From positions 20,088 to 84,087 of IMG/VR virus record IMGVR_UViG_3300034101_004323: a DNA stretch of 64,000 nucleotides; one strand, written 5' to 3'. The position numbers and the translations under genes were made by a program. Shown here piece after piece: positions 9,016-18,161 of the stretch; within the stretch, counting starts at the first letter, position 1; each line of letters starts with the position of its first letter. The notes beneath the pieces were generated by a model. It worked only from the letters and a program-made list of their open reading frames with translations, ran no database searches and was not told the origin of the DNA. Source of the stretch: a virus.

Positions 9016-9390
9016 ATGAATATCACTTTGTTAAAAGGTAATCTTGCTAGGGATCCAGATCTAAGAACAGTTTCTACTGGAGGAAAGCAAACTGCTGTTG
9101 TGAATTTTACAGTTGCTACTTCCAGAGAATATACTAAAGCTAATGGAGAAAAAGATAAGATTACTTCTTTTATCAATTGCGAAGCATGGGATAGTGGTGC
9201 TGAAGTAATTGCTTCTTCATTTAAGAAGGGCGATCTGGTTTTGATTGAAGGTTCTTTGAGAAATGATTCATGGGAAAAGGATGGAATTAAGCATAGTACT
9301 CTAAAGGTTAGAGTGAATAATTTTTCCAAGATCACTAAGCTTGCTAAGAATAACCAGTCTAATCAGTCCGAGGAAGTTGTTGCGTTCTAA
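9016..9390 (+). CDS. ssb: Single-stranded DNA-binding protein
   Basis: GNLARDPDLR, NFTVAT, FINCEAW, KGDLVLIEGSL, short acidic tail EEVVAF; SD GAGGAG at 9003-9008 before ATG 9016. Confidence 0.95.
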   Translation: MNITLLKGNLARDPDLRTVSTGGKQTAVVNFTVATSREYTKANGEKDKITSFINCEAWDSGAEVIASSFKKGDLVLIEGSLRNDSWEKDGIKHSTLKVRVNNFSKITKLAKNNQSNQSEEVVAF

Positions 9391-9435
9391 TAATCTAATA
9401 AAATAATATAATAGGATTTTAAAGGTTAAAATATT

Positions 9436-9460
9436 AGGGGTTGCAAAACCCCTTTTATTT
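9436..9460 (+). terminator. Rho-independent terminator after ssb
   Basis: AGGGGTT-GCAA-AACCCCT stem with a GNRA loop, followed by a T-rich tract. Confidence 0.8.
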
Positions 9461-9478
9461 TACCTCTTATCATAAAAT

Positions 9479-11143
9479 ATGAAACAAAAATTAAAAGTAT
9501 TAATGTGTTCTGAAGCTAGTTTTATTAATTCTGGTTTTGGTAATTATACAAGAGAATTATTAACAAGATTACACAATACTAATAAATATGAGATAGCAGA
9601 ATTTGCTTCTTATGGTATGGTTAATGATCCAAGAGATAAAAATATACATTGGAAATATTATGCTAATGCAGTAAGAGAAAATGATCCAAGAATGCAAGAA
9701 TATGCTTCTAGATCAGATAATCAATTTGGAAGATGGAGATTTGATAAGGTATTACTTGATTTTCGTCCAAATGTCGTGATTGATATTAGAGACTATTGGA
9801 TGAATAATTATCAGTCTCAGTCCCCATTAAGACCATTTTTTAATTGGGTTTTAATGCCAACTGTTGATTCGGCACCACAACAAGAATCATGGATAGATAC
9901 ATTTTTACATGCTGATGCAGTATTTACCTATTCTGATTGGGGAGCAAAAATTATACAGCAACAGAGCAATAATAAGATTAATTATGTAGGCACAGCATCC
10001 CCAGGTGTTGATCTAGAAACCTTTTGTATGAAACCAGATAGAGATTCTATAAAAGCAAAATACGGATTACCACAAGATAGTTTTGTTATTGGTTCAGTTA
10101 TGAGAAACCAAAAAAGAAAACTTATCCCCGAATTATTATTAGCTTTTAGACAATTATTAGATGAACTAGAAGCAGATGGCAGTCCATTAGCAACTAAAAC
10201 ATACCTATATCTTCATACGAGCTATCCTGATGCTGGATGGGATATTCCAGAACTATTAAGACAAAATAGATTACTCAATAAGGTTTATTTCACTTACCAT
10301 TGCTCAAAATGTCAAGCAACCCATGCCTCAGTATATACTCATCCACTTAAAATCTGTAAAAACTGCCTTGAATCATCAAGCAGATTTACTTCTGTTACAA
10401 ATGGAGTATCAAATGAAACCTTATCTGATATATATAATATGTTAGATATTTATGTTCAATATGCTATTTGTGAAGGATTTGGTATGCCTCAAGTAGAGGC
10501 TGGTGCTTGTGGTGTTCCTATAGCAACGGTAAACTATAGTGCGATGGAAGACGTTATTCATAAATTAAATGCTCATCCTATTAAAATTAAATCTTATTTT
10601 AAAGAACTAGAGACAAAAGCTATAAGAGTTTATCCAGACAATAATGATTTAGTAAAGTTTATCTTAAAGTTTATGAGACAAACTAAAAATAGACAACAAG
10701 AAAAAAGAAAAGAAACTAGAAAATTAACAGAGAAGCATTATAATTGGGATAATATTAGCAAAATATGGGAAAACTTCCTAGACTCAGAATCATTATTTAG
10801 TGCTAAAAGAAATTGGGATGATCCTCCAAAGTATTTACAGCCAATTCAAGAAAATATGCAAACATTACCAAAAGATAATTTTATGTCCATATATTCTGTA
10901 TGCGCTAATAATTTAGGAGATCCTTCTTTCTTTGGAACATCTTTATGTCTAGATATTTTAAGAGATGGAGACTATGGATTTACTCAAAATGGTATGAATT
11001 TTAATAGTACAGATATCAATCAAGCATATAAACATTTACAAATAATTATAGATAATAATAATCAAGCAGAACATGCTAGATCATCTCACATGTTATTTAA
11101 TGAAGATTTTATTGAATACTCACACATAAAAAGTAGCACATGA
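9479..11143 (+). CDS. Glycosyltransferase, GT-B / GT4-like
   Basis: SGFGNYTREL, PGVD, RNQKRK, intact E-x7-E motif EGFGMPQVEAGACGVP; CxxC...CxxC insert. Confidence 0.88.
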   Translation: MKQKLKVLMCSEASFINSGFGNYTRELLTRLHNTNKYEIAEFASYGMVNDPRDKNIHWKYYANAVRENDPRMQEYASRSDNQFGRWRFDKVLLDFRPNVVIDIRDYWMNNYQSQSPLRPFFNWVLMPTVDSAPQQESWIDTFLHADAVFTYSDWGAKIIQQQSNNKINYVGTASPGVDLETFCMKPDRDSIKAKYGLPQDSFVIGSVMRNQKRKLIPELLLAFRQLLDELEADGSPLATKTYLYLHTSYPDAGWDIPELLRQNRLLNKVYFTYHCSKCQATHASVYTHPLKICKNCLESSSRFTSVTNGVSNETLSDIYNMLDIYVQYAICEGFGMPQVEAGACGVPIATVNYSAMEDVIHKLNAHPIKIKSYFKELETKAIRVYPDNNDLVKFILKFMRQTKNRQQEKRKETRKLTEKHYNWDNISKIWENFLDSESLFSAKRNWDDPPKYLQPIQENMQTLPKDNFMSIYSVCANNLGDPSFFGTSLCLDILRDGDYGFTQNGMNFNSTDINQAYKHLQIIIDNNNQAEHARSSHMLFNEDFIEYSHIKSST

Positions 11144-12138
11144 AAATATTATATATAGGACCATATAGAAACGAATTGTCTATAGGACAAGCATCAAGGA
11201 ATATCGTTTCATCATTAGCAAAAGATAATGATCTGACAATTAGACATATCTATGTGCAAAACAATAACGACTATAGGATCAGTAATGATCTGTTAGTATT
11301 GGAACAAAAGGATATAGAATCATATTATGATACTATTATTCAGCATTCAACTCCTTATCTATTGGCAACATATAACAATTTAGATATTGCAAAGAAAAAC
11401 ATAGCAATACCGATCATAAATAAAACGATTAACAAAAAACAGTATCAAAATGCATTGTCTAAATTTGATAATATTCTAACAGATGATCGAGTCATAGAGT
11501 CTATTCTAACAAAATCATATGGGATAGATAATATTAAACTGTTTAATTATAATATAACTAACAATAATCTAAATAAGATAAATTTAGATATTCATAATCA
11601 AAACAAAAAATTCTATTTTATTGGATCATTCTATAATAATAAAAAAATAATAAAACTAATAATTAGTAGTTTCTATCTAGCATTTGGAGGAACCTCAGAA
11701 GTATCACTTATATTATTTATCACAGATAATTCTGATTCGGTAAAACAAGAGCTACAGAAACTAATAAATGATCTAAAAAAAGAATTAAATATCTTAACTA
11801 CGAATTACAATCATAAAATTATTGTTAAAACACTTTCTGATGAGGAATCATTATCAGTACATAACAGTTGCGATATTTATATCTCTTTACATGACTCTGG
11901 AATAGAATCAAATATTCATAGAGCAATTGCAGAAAAATATAATAATACTATTATAGACGAATCTAATACCAATATGATATATGATATTGATCAAGGTTAT
12001 GGTGATACATATTCTTTTGGAGAGTTAACGATGACAACTAATAATGCATCTCTATCTCAATCAATGATAAGTTCTATAGTAAATAAAACAACAAAAAACA
12101 ATACCACAGAAACCATAGATAAAATTTTATGTCCATAA
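11140..12138 (+). CDS. Divergent GT-B glycosyltransferase-like protein
   Basis: MKILYIGPYR...GQASRN, KFYFIGS, HNSCDIYIS resemble the GT4 layout, but E-x7-E is absent. Confidence 0.55.
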   Translation: MKILYIGPYRNELSIGQASRNIVSSLAKDNDLTIRHIYVQNNNDYRISNDLLVLEQKDIESYYDTIIQHSTPYLLATYNNLDIAKKNIAIPIINKTINKKQYQNALSKFDNILTDDRVIESILTKSYGIDNIKLFNYNITNNNLNKINLDIHNQNKKFYFIGSFYNNKKIIKLIISSFYLAFGGTSEVSLILFITDNSDSVKQELQKLINDLKKELNILTTNYNHKIIVKTLSDEESLSVHNSCDIYISLHDSGIESNIHRAIAEKYNNTIIDESNTNMIYDIDQGYGDTYSFGELTMTTNNASLSQSMISSIVNKTTKNNTTETIDKILCP

Positions 12139-12983
12139 ATTATCAAATACATAATATATTCCATAATATATTAACTAAACAAAAATATCCTAAGAATATT
12201 TTATATACATATACAGAAAGCTTATTCGATAAAGCTATGGAAGATATTCCAGATACTATTATGATTAATAATCAGGTATTTTTGAATATTCCATTATCCT
12301 ATGGACTATGCATAATAAATGATCCTCTTGATTTTGCACAGAATATTGGAGCGTATAATAATTTATTTGCTAATAAAGTATTATTTTTTCATGATGGACC
12401 TCCACCATCCTTAAAAAAGGAAGATCTTTTTTTATTAAAAACATCATTACAAAAATTTCCTTCTTTTAGTTTTAGTTTAAATCATGAACAATGGATGAAC
12501 CAGTCCATCCAATCTCTAAATTATGGTATCAAGAATATAGATATAGATATTAATAAAGAAAAAGATATAGTTATATTATCTACTAAAAACCATAAACAAA
12601 CAAAATTAATATACGATAATCTCAAACAGGCTTATCCAAATACAGATCTGTTAACTATTAATAGTAATCAGTCTTATGAGGATATAATAAAGATAATATC
12701 TAAATATAAAATATGTATAGATCTAGGATCATACTATAATGTCCTGTGCGGTGTTTCTGTTGGTTGCTATGGTATAACAACTAAGAAATCGTATCAAGAT
12801 GATTATATTTATCAGATATCAGATTATCAACAATTAATAGGTATTGTTAAAGATATTCTATCATCACCTATTAACATTAATGATATGAGAAAATATATAG
12901 AAGATAAGTATTGTTATGAGTCTTTTATTCAAAAAATAAGCAATATAATAACTAATTATTCAGCAAAGGCCGTACTATTATGA
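12129..12983 (+). CDS. Hypothetical protein, weakly GT-B C-terminal-like
   Basis: Coupled ORF; KYKICID...GVSVGCYGIT...MRKYIEDKY pattern resembles a GT C-terminus. Confidence 0.45.
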   Translation: MSINYQIHNIFHNILTKQKYPKNILYTYTESLFDKAMEDIPDTIMINNQVFLNIPLSYGLCIINDPLDFAQNIGAYNNLFANKVLFFHDGPPPSLKKEDLFLLKTSLQKFPSFSFSLNHEQWMNQSIQSLNYGIKNIDIDINKEKDIVILSTKNHKQTKLIYDNLKQAYPNTDLLTINSNQSYEDIIKIISKYKICIDLGSYYNVLCGVSVGCYGITTKKSYQDDYIYQISDYQQLIGIVKDILSSPININDMRKYIEDKYCYESFIQKISNIITNYSAKAVLL

Positions 12984-13408
12984 GTAAAAATATTAATATA
13001 GTTCTACAGAATATGAACGTCGATCTGGTTGGTTTTGAAAATGTTGTTATTGATCAAATAGCTTCGGTATATAGTTTTTCTTGTGATATTATCAATTGTT
13101 CTATTGCTAGTTTTTTTGAACATTCAAAATTTTGGATGATCATGGAAATTTTAATAGATAAATTAAAACCGGGTGGACAACTAGCAATATCAATATACGA
13201 CACTCAAAGAATTGCTGCTCTATATACAAATAACCAAATTCAAAGTTCAGATTATCTAGGACTAATGAAAAATATTAATAATTGTATATCTCTATCTGAT
13301 TTTATGGAATTTTCATCAAATAAAAAAGATATAGTAATAGCAGATATCAAGAAAGATCAATTAATAACCAATATTACAATTATCAAGAATCAAATAACAA
13401 ATGGCTAA
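12980..13408 (+). CDS. Hypothetical protein, truncated SAM-methyltransferase-like
   Basis: FFEH...DKLKPGGQLAI resembles the class I MTase LKPGG motif; no glycine-rich motif I. Confidence 0.45.
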   Translation: MSKNINIVLQNMNVDLVGFENVVIDQIASVYSFSCDIINCSIASFFEHSKFWMIMEILIDKLKPGGQLAISIYDTQRIAALYTNNQIQSSDYLGLMKNINNCISLSDFMEFSSNKKDIVIADIKKDQLITNITIIKNQITNG

Positions 13409-14153
13409 TACATATTGCAAGGGTTGCGCATTCTCTAAGACTAATATAGCGATAGAAGAAGCTTGTGAATTTGATATTCCATATCATGTAAAAGATATAA
13501 AAAATATCTTAATTAAAGATGATTCTTACTATATAGAGAATTATAAGTGTAAATATGCTTTTTCAAATCAGATATTAATAGAGAATAATATTAATAAAAA
13601 TGATATAAAAGAAAAGCTTGTATTGGGATCTCATATAGCATATTATCTAATCATTAATGCTAGGCATTTATCTAAAATAGAGGATTTTATATATATAGCT
13701 GAACAAATCAACTCAATGGATATTCAGCCAAAATTAGTATCAATACTTATTGATATAAATAATACCAACAATAAAACTATTTTTGAGACACTGCATAATA
13801 ATATAAAAAAAGATATAAGATGGAAGTTACATGCTTTTTTAAATGACGTATCTTTTAACGAAGCAGCAAATATTGCGGCAGAAACAAATATACAAACCAG
13901 CGAATCAGCGCTTTTATATTTTTGGGATAGTTCTGTTTCTGATTTTAGTATAACAAATAATAGAATTAATCATATATTTTTTGTTAGAAATATTCAACAA
14001 AATAACATATTTGGATTCAGATCATCAGAATTTGATGGAATGTGCTTACCGATATCATTATATAAATCTATCATTACTCTAGTAGATAGAGACATATTAA
14101 AAGCTTTATCTTCTATAACCGATTTTTCATTAGAGACATATGAACAAGAATAA
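13401..14153 (+). CDS. Hypothetical protein with N-terminal Cys cluster
   Basis: 250-aa coupled ORF; CKGCAF...C...C. Confidence 0.6.
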   Translation: MANTYCKGCAFSKTNIAIEEACEFDIPYHVKDIKNILIKDDSYYIENYKCKYAFSNQILIENNINKNDIKEKLVLGSHIAYYLIINARHLSKIEDFIYIAEQINSMDIQPKLVSILIDINNTNNKTIFETLHNNIKKDIRWKLHAFLNDVSFNEAANIAAETNIQTSESALLYFWDSSVSDFSITNNRINHIFFVRNIQQNNIFGFRSSEFDGMCLPISLYKSIITLVDRDILKALSSITDFSLETYEQE

Positions 14154-14850
14154 GCAACCATTATCTGCTATAATTTTAGCATCAGAAATAACAAAAGGAA
14201 TGAAATCTATTGGATCAAAAGCTCTATTGCCGATATCTGGATCAATAACAATAATAGATTATCAGATACAGTCTTTAAAGAGATTCTATAGTCCAATAGA
14301 CATATACATATGTACTGGATTTGATCATGATAAAATTGTAAAAAAAACACAGAAGTATAAAGATATAAAATATATCTATAATAAAAATTATATTAAACAC
14401 AATCAAATGGATTCTTTACTTTTGTGTTTGGATAGATATAAACTCAATCATGCATTAATAATCAATAATGGAGTATTAATTTCTGAAAAAATTCATTTAG
14501 ACACTAATACAGAAATTTTTACTATAAACTCTCCTAAAAAAACAGACTTTAGTATTGGATGCAATATTTCAAATTTATACACAAACTATCTGTTTTATGA
14601 TCTGCCTCATAAATGGGTAGAATGTGTTTTTATAAATAATGATGCTATACAAGCTTTATTGGAGTATTCAAAAATTAAGGATATTTCTAAATTATTTTTA
14701 TTTGAAGGATTAAACATTTTATCTGAAAATATTCATCCTTTGAAAACCAAAGAAATACATAAGACAGCCGCTATAAAAATTAATACGATCAAAGACTTAT
14801 CGAAAGCTAAAAAATATTATGAAAAATATATTTGTTCAAAACACGTATAA
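14140..14850 (+). CDS. Nucleotidyltransferase-like protein (LicC/MobA/GT-A fold), divergent
   Basis: SAIILAS...GMKSIGSKALLPI, TIIDYQI, ICTGF, YNKNY...NQMDSL, KINTIKDL. Confidence 0.65.
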   Translation: MNKNKQPLSAIILASEITKGMKSIGSKALLPISGSITIIDYQIQSLKRFYSPIDIYICTGFDHDKIVKKTQKYKDIKYIYNKNYIKHNQMDSLLLCLDRYKLNHALIINNGVLISEKIHLDTNTEIFTINSPKKTDFSIGCNISNLYTNYLFYDLPHKWVECVFINNDAIQALLEYSKIKDISKLFLFEGLNILSENIHPLKTKEIHKTAAIKINTIKDLSKAKKYYEKYICSKHV

Positions 14851-15529
14851 CAAACTAATAAATAATTTACATTATATTAATCTTCCAGATATCAAATTTT
14901 ATTTTGATAATGTAAACAATAATTTATATAAATTATATTACAGTCTAAAATTATCTGATTGTATTTTTTCTTCATCTTCTATGAATGATGAAATCGTATC
15001 ATTTATTAATGATAATACTAATAATTCAAATATTAAAATTTATATTTATCATGATATGTATAATGAACATCTAATTAATATTATGCCTAAATGTTATCAT
15101 ATTATAGATGAGGATAATTATACTAATAATGGAATTAAATTTCCTAAAAACATTATAAATACTGATATTTACAAGATTAATCCTAATATCGTTAAAAAAG
15201 ATCGTATAGTTTTATTCTTAGAAAAAGAAACAGACATATCAGACTCTGTAAAAAATAAACTATATCCAAATGAGACAAAAATATTAATGTTTAATAATGG
15301 TAATATTCCTCATGACCAGAATATTGGATTTTTATCTGAAATAACCAGATCCGAAATTTTACAAGAATCTCGTTTCTTTGCTTGTAACAATAACTATTAT
15401 GCAATAGAAGCGGGACTATGTGGATGTGAAATACTTGATATGAATAATCTCGATAACAATATAACAAAAAATTATGAATTTTCAAGCTATATAAACTATA
15501 ATGAATATTTAGGAAAAATCTTAATATGA
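14819..15529 (+). CDS. Hypothetical protein, GT-like C-terminus
   Basis: Coupled ORF; NIGFLSE...YAIEAGLCGC resembles the GT4 EAxxxG motif. Confidence 0.45.
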   Translation: MKNIFVQNTYNKLINNLHYINLPDIKFYFDNVNNNLYKLYYSLKLSDCIFSSSSMNDEIVSFINDNTNNSNIKIYIYHDMYNEHLINIMPKCYHIIDEDNYTNNGIKFPKNIINTDIYKINPNIVKKDRIVLFLEKETDISDSVKNKLYPNETKILMFNNGNIPHDQNIGFLSEITRSEILQESRFFACNNNYYAIEAGLCGCEILDMNNLDNNITKNYEFSSYINYNEYLGKILI

Positions 15530-15990
15530 AACAGAATAAAGATCTCGGTTTTCTGATACCTGTATTAGATAATACTCAGTCATCAAATATTATATGCAAT
15601 ACAATATCACGTCTAATACAATCAAGACCAAAACAACAAATATGTATTTTCAATAGTTATTCTGAAAGAATTGACACAAAGAACATTCCTGTTACTCATA
15701 TTAATCAGGCTAAATTTTTTGATGGTAATTTAATAGTATTTGATTTACATTGTTTACAGCTATCTAATCTTTTTCCTCTTATACATGAAGTATATTATTA
15801 TGCTCAAAACATTCCTTGGTCAAATGGTCAGAATCATTATGCTCAGTGGAAAGAGTTATTCGATAGGAAAAATTTAAAGATTATCTCTGCCAATAAACAT
15901 ATACATGATATATATAACATCGTATGGTCAAATTCAATAGGTATTTCGGAGACTTTTAACTATGAAACAGTCAACAAATTTATACTCTAA
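15526..15990 (+). CDS. Hypothetical protein
   Basis: 154-aa ORF with ATGA-type coupling in the same operon. Confidence 0.6.
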   Translation: MKQNKDLGFLIPVLDNTQSSNIICNTISRLIQSRPKQQICIFNSYSERIDTKNIPVTHINQAKFFDGNLIVFDLHCLQLSNLFPLIHEVYYYAQNIPWSNGQNHYAQWKELFDRKNLKIISANKHIHDIYNIVWSNSIGISETFNYETVNKFIL

Positions 15991-16768
15991 TTTAGATGAT
16001 AATCAAAAATATAAAATATTACAAGAAATGTATGTTGAAAAAAAAATGAGTTTTGCAGATATTGCTCATGAGTATGATACTTACGCCAATAAAATTAGAA
16101 GAGACGCTGTATCTTTAAAAATAAAAATAAGAGATAAATCAGAAGCTCAAAAGAATGCCTTGGTAACAGGAAAACATAAACATCCGACTAAAGGAACTAC
16201 AAGGTCGGAAGACACAAAAAATAAAATAGGAAAAGGAGTAATGGACTCATGGGACAATCTAACAGAGTCTGAAATTTCTGATAGAAGGAAAAAAGCAAAA
16301 GATAATTGGGAAAGTTTATCTCAGGACGAAAAGCAACAAATGCTTAAACTAGCAAACGCTGCTGTTAGAGAAACTAGTAAGGTTGGATCAAAACTAGAAA
16401 AATATATCCTATTAAATCTTATTAAAGATGGATATAAAGTAGAATTTCATAAAGAACAAACTTTACTAAATACAAAGTTGCAGATAGACCTATTTGTTCC
16501 TAGTATTGATACAGCCATTGAAATAGATGGGCCATCTCATTTTAGGCCAGTTTGGGGTGACGAAGCATTAAAAAGGAATATTTCTTATGATAACAAAAAA
16601 GAAGGACTAATTATTGGAAAAGGATGGAAATTGGTAAGAATAAAACAAACTAAAGATTTTTCAAAAAGTAGAGCTAATTTTATCTATAAACAATTAATAG
16701 ATACATTAGCCGAAATCAAATTAAATACAGGATCAGGCACAAACACTTTTAATATACAGGACACATGA
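15962..16768 (+). CDS. Vsr/DUF559-like endonuclease with N-terminal HTH and NUMOD3-like motif
   Basis: MSFADIA...KIRR helix-turn-helix; KGTTRSEDTKNKIG; SKLE...QIDLF...AIEIDGPSH...D..K...GWKLVRI. Confidence 0.75.
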   Translation: MKQSTNLYSNLDDNQKYKILQEMYVEKKMSFADIAHEYDTYANKIRRDAVSLKIKIRDKSEAQKNALVTGKHKHPTKGTTRSEDTKNKIGKGVMDSWDNLTESEISDRRKKAKDNWESLSQDEKQQMLKLANAAVRETSKVGSKLEKYILLNLIKDGYKVEFHKEQTLLNTKLQIDLFVPSIDTAIEIDGPSHFRPVWGDEALKRNISYDNKKEGLIIGKGWKLVRIKQTKDFSKSRANFIYKQLIDTLAEIKLNTGSGTNTFNIQDT

Positions 16769-16771
16769 GCA

Positions 16772-17497
16772 ATGATGAGTAAAATTAAAAAAGACGCTGT
16801 AGAAGTCAAGCCAGAGGCCCAGGAAACGATTAAGATTCCATCTCACAACGACTTAGAATGGACGGACTATGTTCTTGGTTTATTGTCTGAAGACGAAAAA
16901 ATTAAGGGTAATCCAACAACAGATGGTTTAAGAAGAATTTTTGAAATTGCCTTAAAATGCACAGTTATTCATTCTGATACAGATGTTGTTCAATCTCCTT
17001 CTCCAGATAATGAAAAACGAGCAACTGTTACACACAAATTAACATATGTTTTGAACGATAACAATCTTCCATCAGAACTATTAATTAGGTCAACAACAGG
17101 AGCAGCAGACGTTTATTGGGGAAATTGTGATAAAATCTATAGAAATCATCCAGTTGCTGTTGCGGAAACTAGGGCAGAAGGAAGGGCTCTTAGAAGAGCT
17201 TTGAAATTAAGAAAGGTAGTTGCTGCTGAAGAATTAACACAAGAGACAGAAGATCATCCTGATGCTAATTCGGTTAATAAAATTACCAATAATCAGATAA
17301 ATTTTATTGACGTTATTGCTCAAAGGCTTAATATAAACATAAGCAAATTGTTGAAGCAGCAGTCTATTGATGTTAAAAATATCTATGGTCTTGCTCATCA
17401 AGATGCTGTTGATATAATCAGATTATTATCTAAATATCAGCAAACCGTTGGTGAAATACCAGAAGATATTATAGGCTACAATAACGAATGGAAATAA
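16772..17497 (+). CDS. Putative single-strand annealing protein (Rad52/Sak-like)
   Basis: GAADV...PVAVAETRAEGRALRRAL...AEEL core and a short C-terminal helical motif (ITNNQINFI). Confidence 0.5.
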   Translation: MMSKIKKDAVEVKPEAQETIKIPSHNDLEWTDYVLGLLSEDEKIKGNPTTDGLRRIFEIALKCTVIHSDTDVVQSPSPDNEKRATVTHKLTYVLNDNNLPSELLIRSTTGAADVYWGNCDKIYRNHPVAVAETRAEGRALRRALKLRKVVAAEELTQETEDHPDANSVNKITNNQINFIDVIAQRLNINISKLLKQQSIDVKNIYGLAHQDAVDIIRLLSKYQQTVGEIPEDIIGYNNEWK

Positions 17498-17500
17498 TTT

Positions 17501-17821
17501 ATGAAAGTATTTTATAAGGCTAGTGATAAACTAACTTTTGAATTAGAGTCGGCGGGACAAAAAGAGCTTTTTAAAGATCTTGCTCTGATTCAAGAAATTT
17601 TTAGTGAAGAAAAATGCGGAATGTGTGGAAGCACAAATTTAAGATTTGTGGTAAGAAATGTTGATGGCAATGATTACTACGAAATTAGATGTGCTGACTG
17701 TGGTGCCTTATTAACATTTGGCCAACACAAAAAGGGTGGCACACTATTTCCAAAGAGAAAAGATGATGACGGTAATTGGCTAGCAAATAAAGGCTGGCAT
17801 AAATACCAGAAAAAAGACTGA
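17501..17821 (+). CDS. Zn-ribbon hypothetical protein
   Basis: CGMCG...CADCG; last gene of the + arm. Confidence 0.7.
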   Translation: MKVFYKASDKLTFELESAGQKELFKDLALIQEIFSEEKCGMCGSTNLRFVVRNVDGNDYYEIRCADCGALLTFGQHKKGGTLFPKRKDDDGNWLANKGWHKYQKKD

Positions 17822-18157
17822 TTACCATTTTGCTATTGGACAAGACTCGCTTTCACTAGCGAGCTTGTTCATATAGTTTCTATCTCTTGTAATATTACAA
17901 CCACATTTTGTACAGGTATTATTCTTTAAGAATTCGCAAGATAAGCATAAAGAATATCTCTGCTCAATTAATTCTAAAGAGCTATTTGGAATCATAGACT
18001 GAATAGCCGCAGGAATATCTTTTATATCTTTTTTTAATGGACTTCTACAAGGAAACAAAGGTGGTTCATTACCATCATTAAAAGAAACTTTGTTCCCGCA
18101 TTTTGAACATTCATAGATATTATCTATTTTTACAAAATTACAAAATATATCAGCCAT
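17822..18157 (-). CDS. Small Cys-rich protein (DUF6171-like C-terminus)
   Basis: RYSLCLSCEF...CTKCGC...KLA...CPIAKW; start placed at ATG 18157, just after the upstream stop at 18162. Confidence 0.65.
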   Translation of the reverse strand: MADIFCNFVKIDNIYECSKCGNKVSFNDGNEPPLFPCRSPLKKDIKDIPAAIQSMIPNSSLELIEQRYSLCLSCEFLKNNTCTKCGCNITRDRNYMNKLASESESCPIAKW

Positions 18158-18161
18158 ATTA

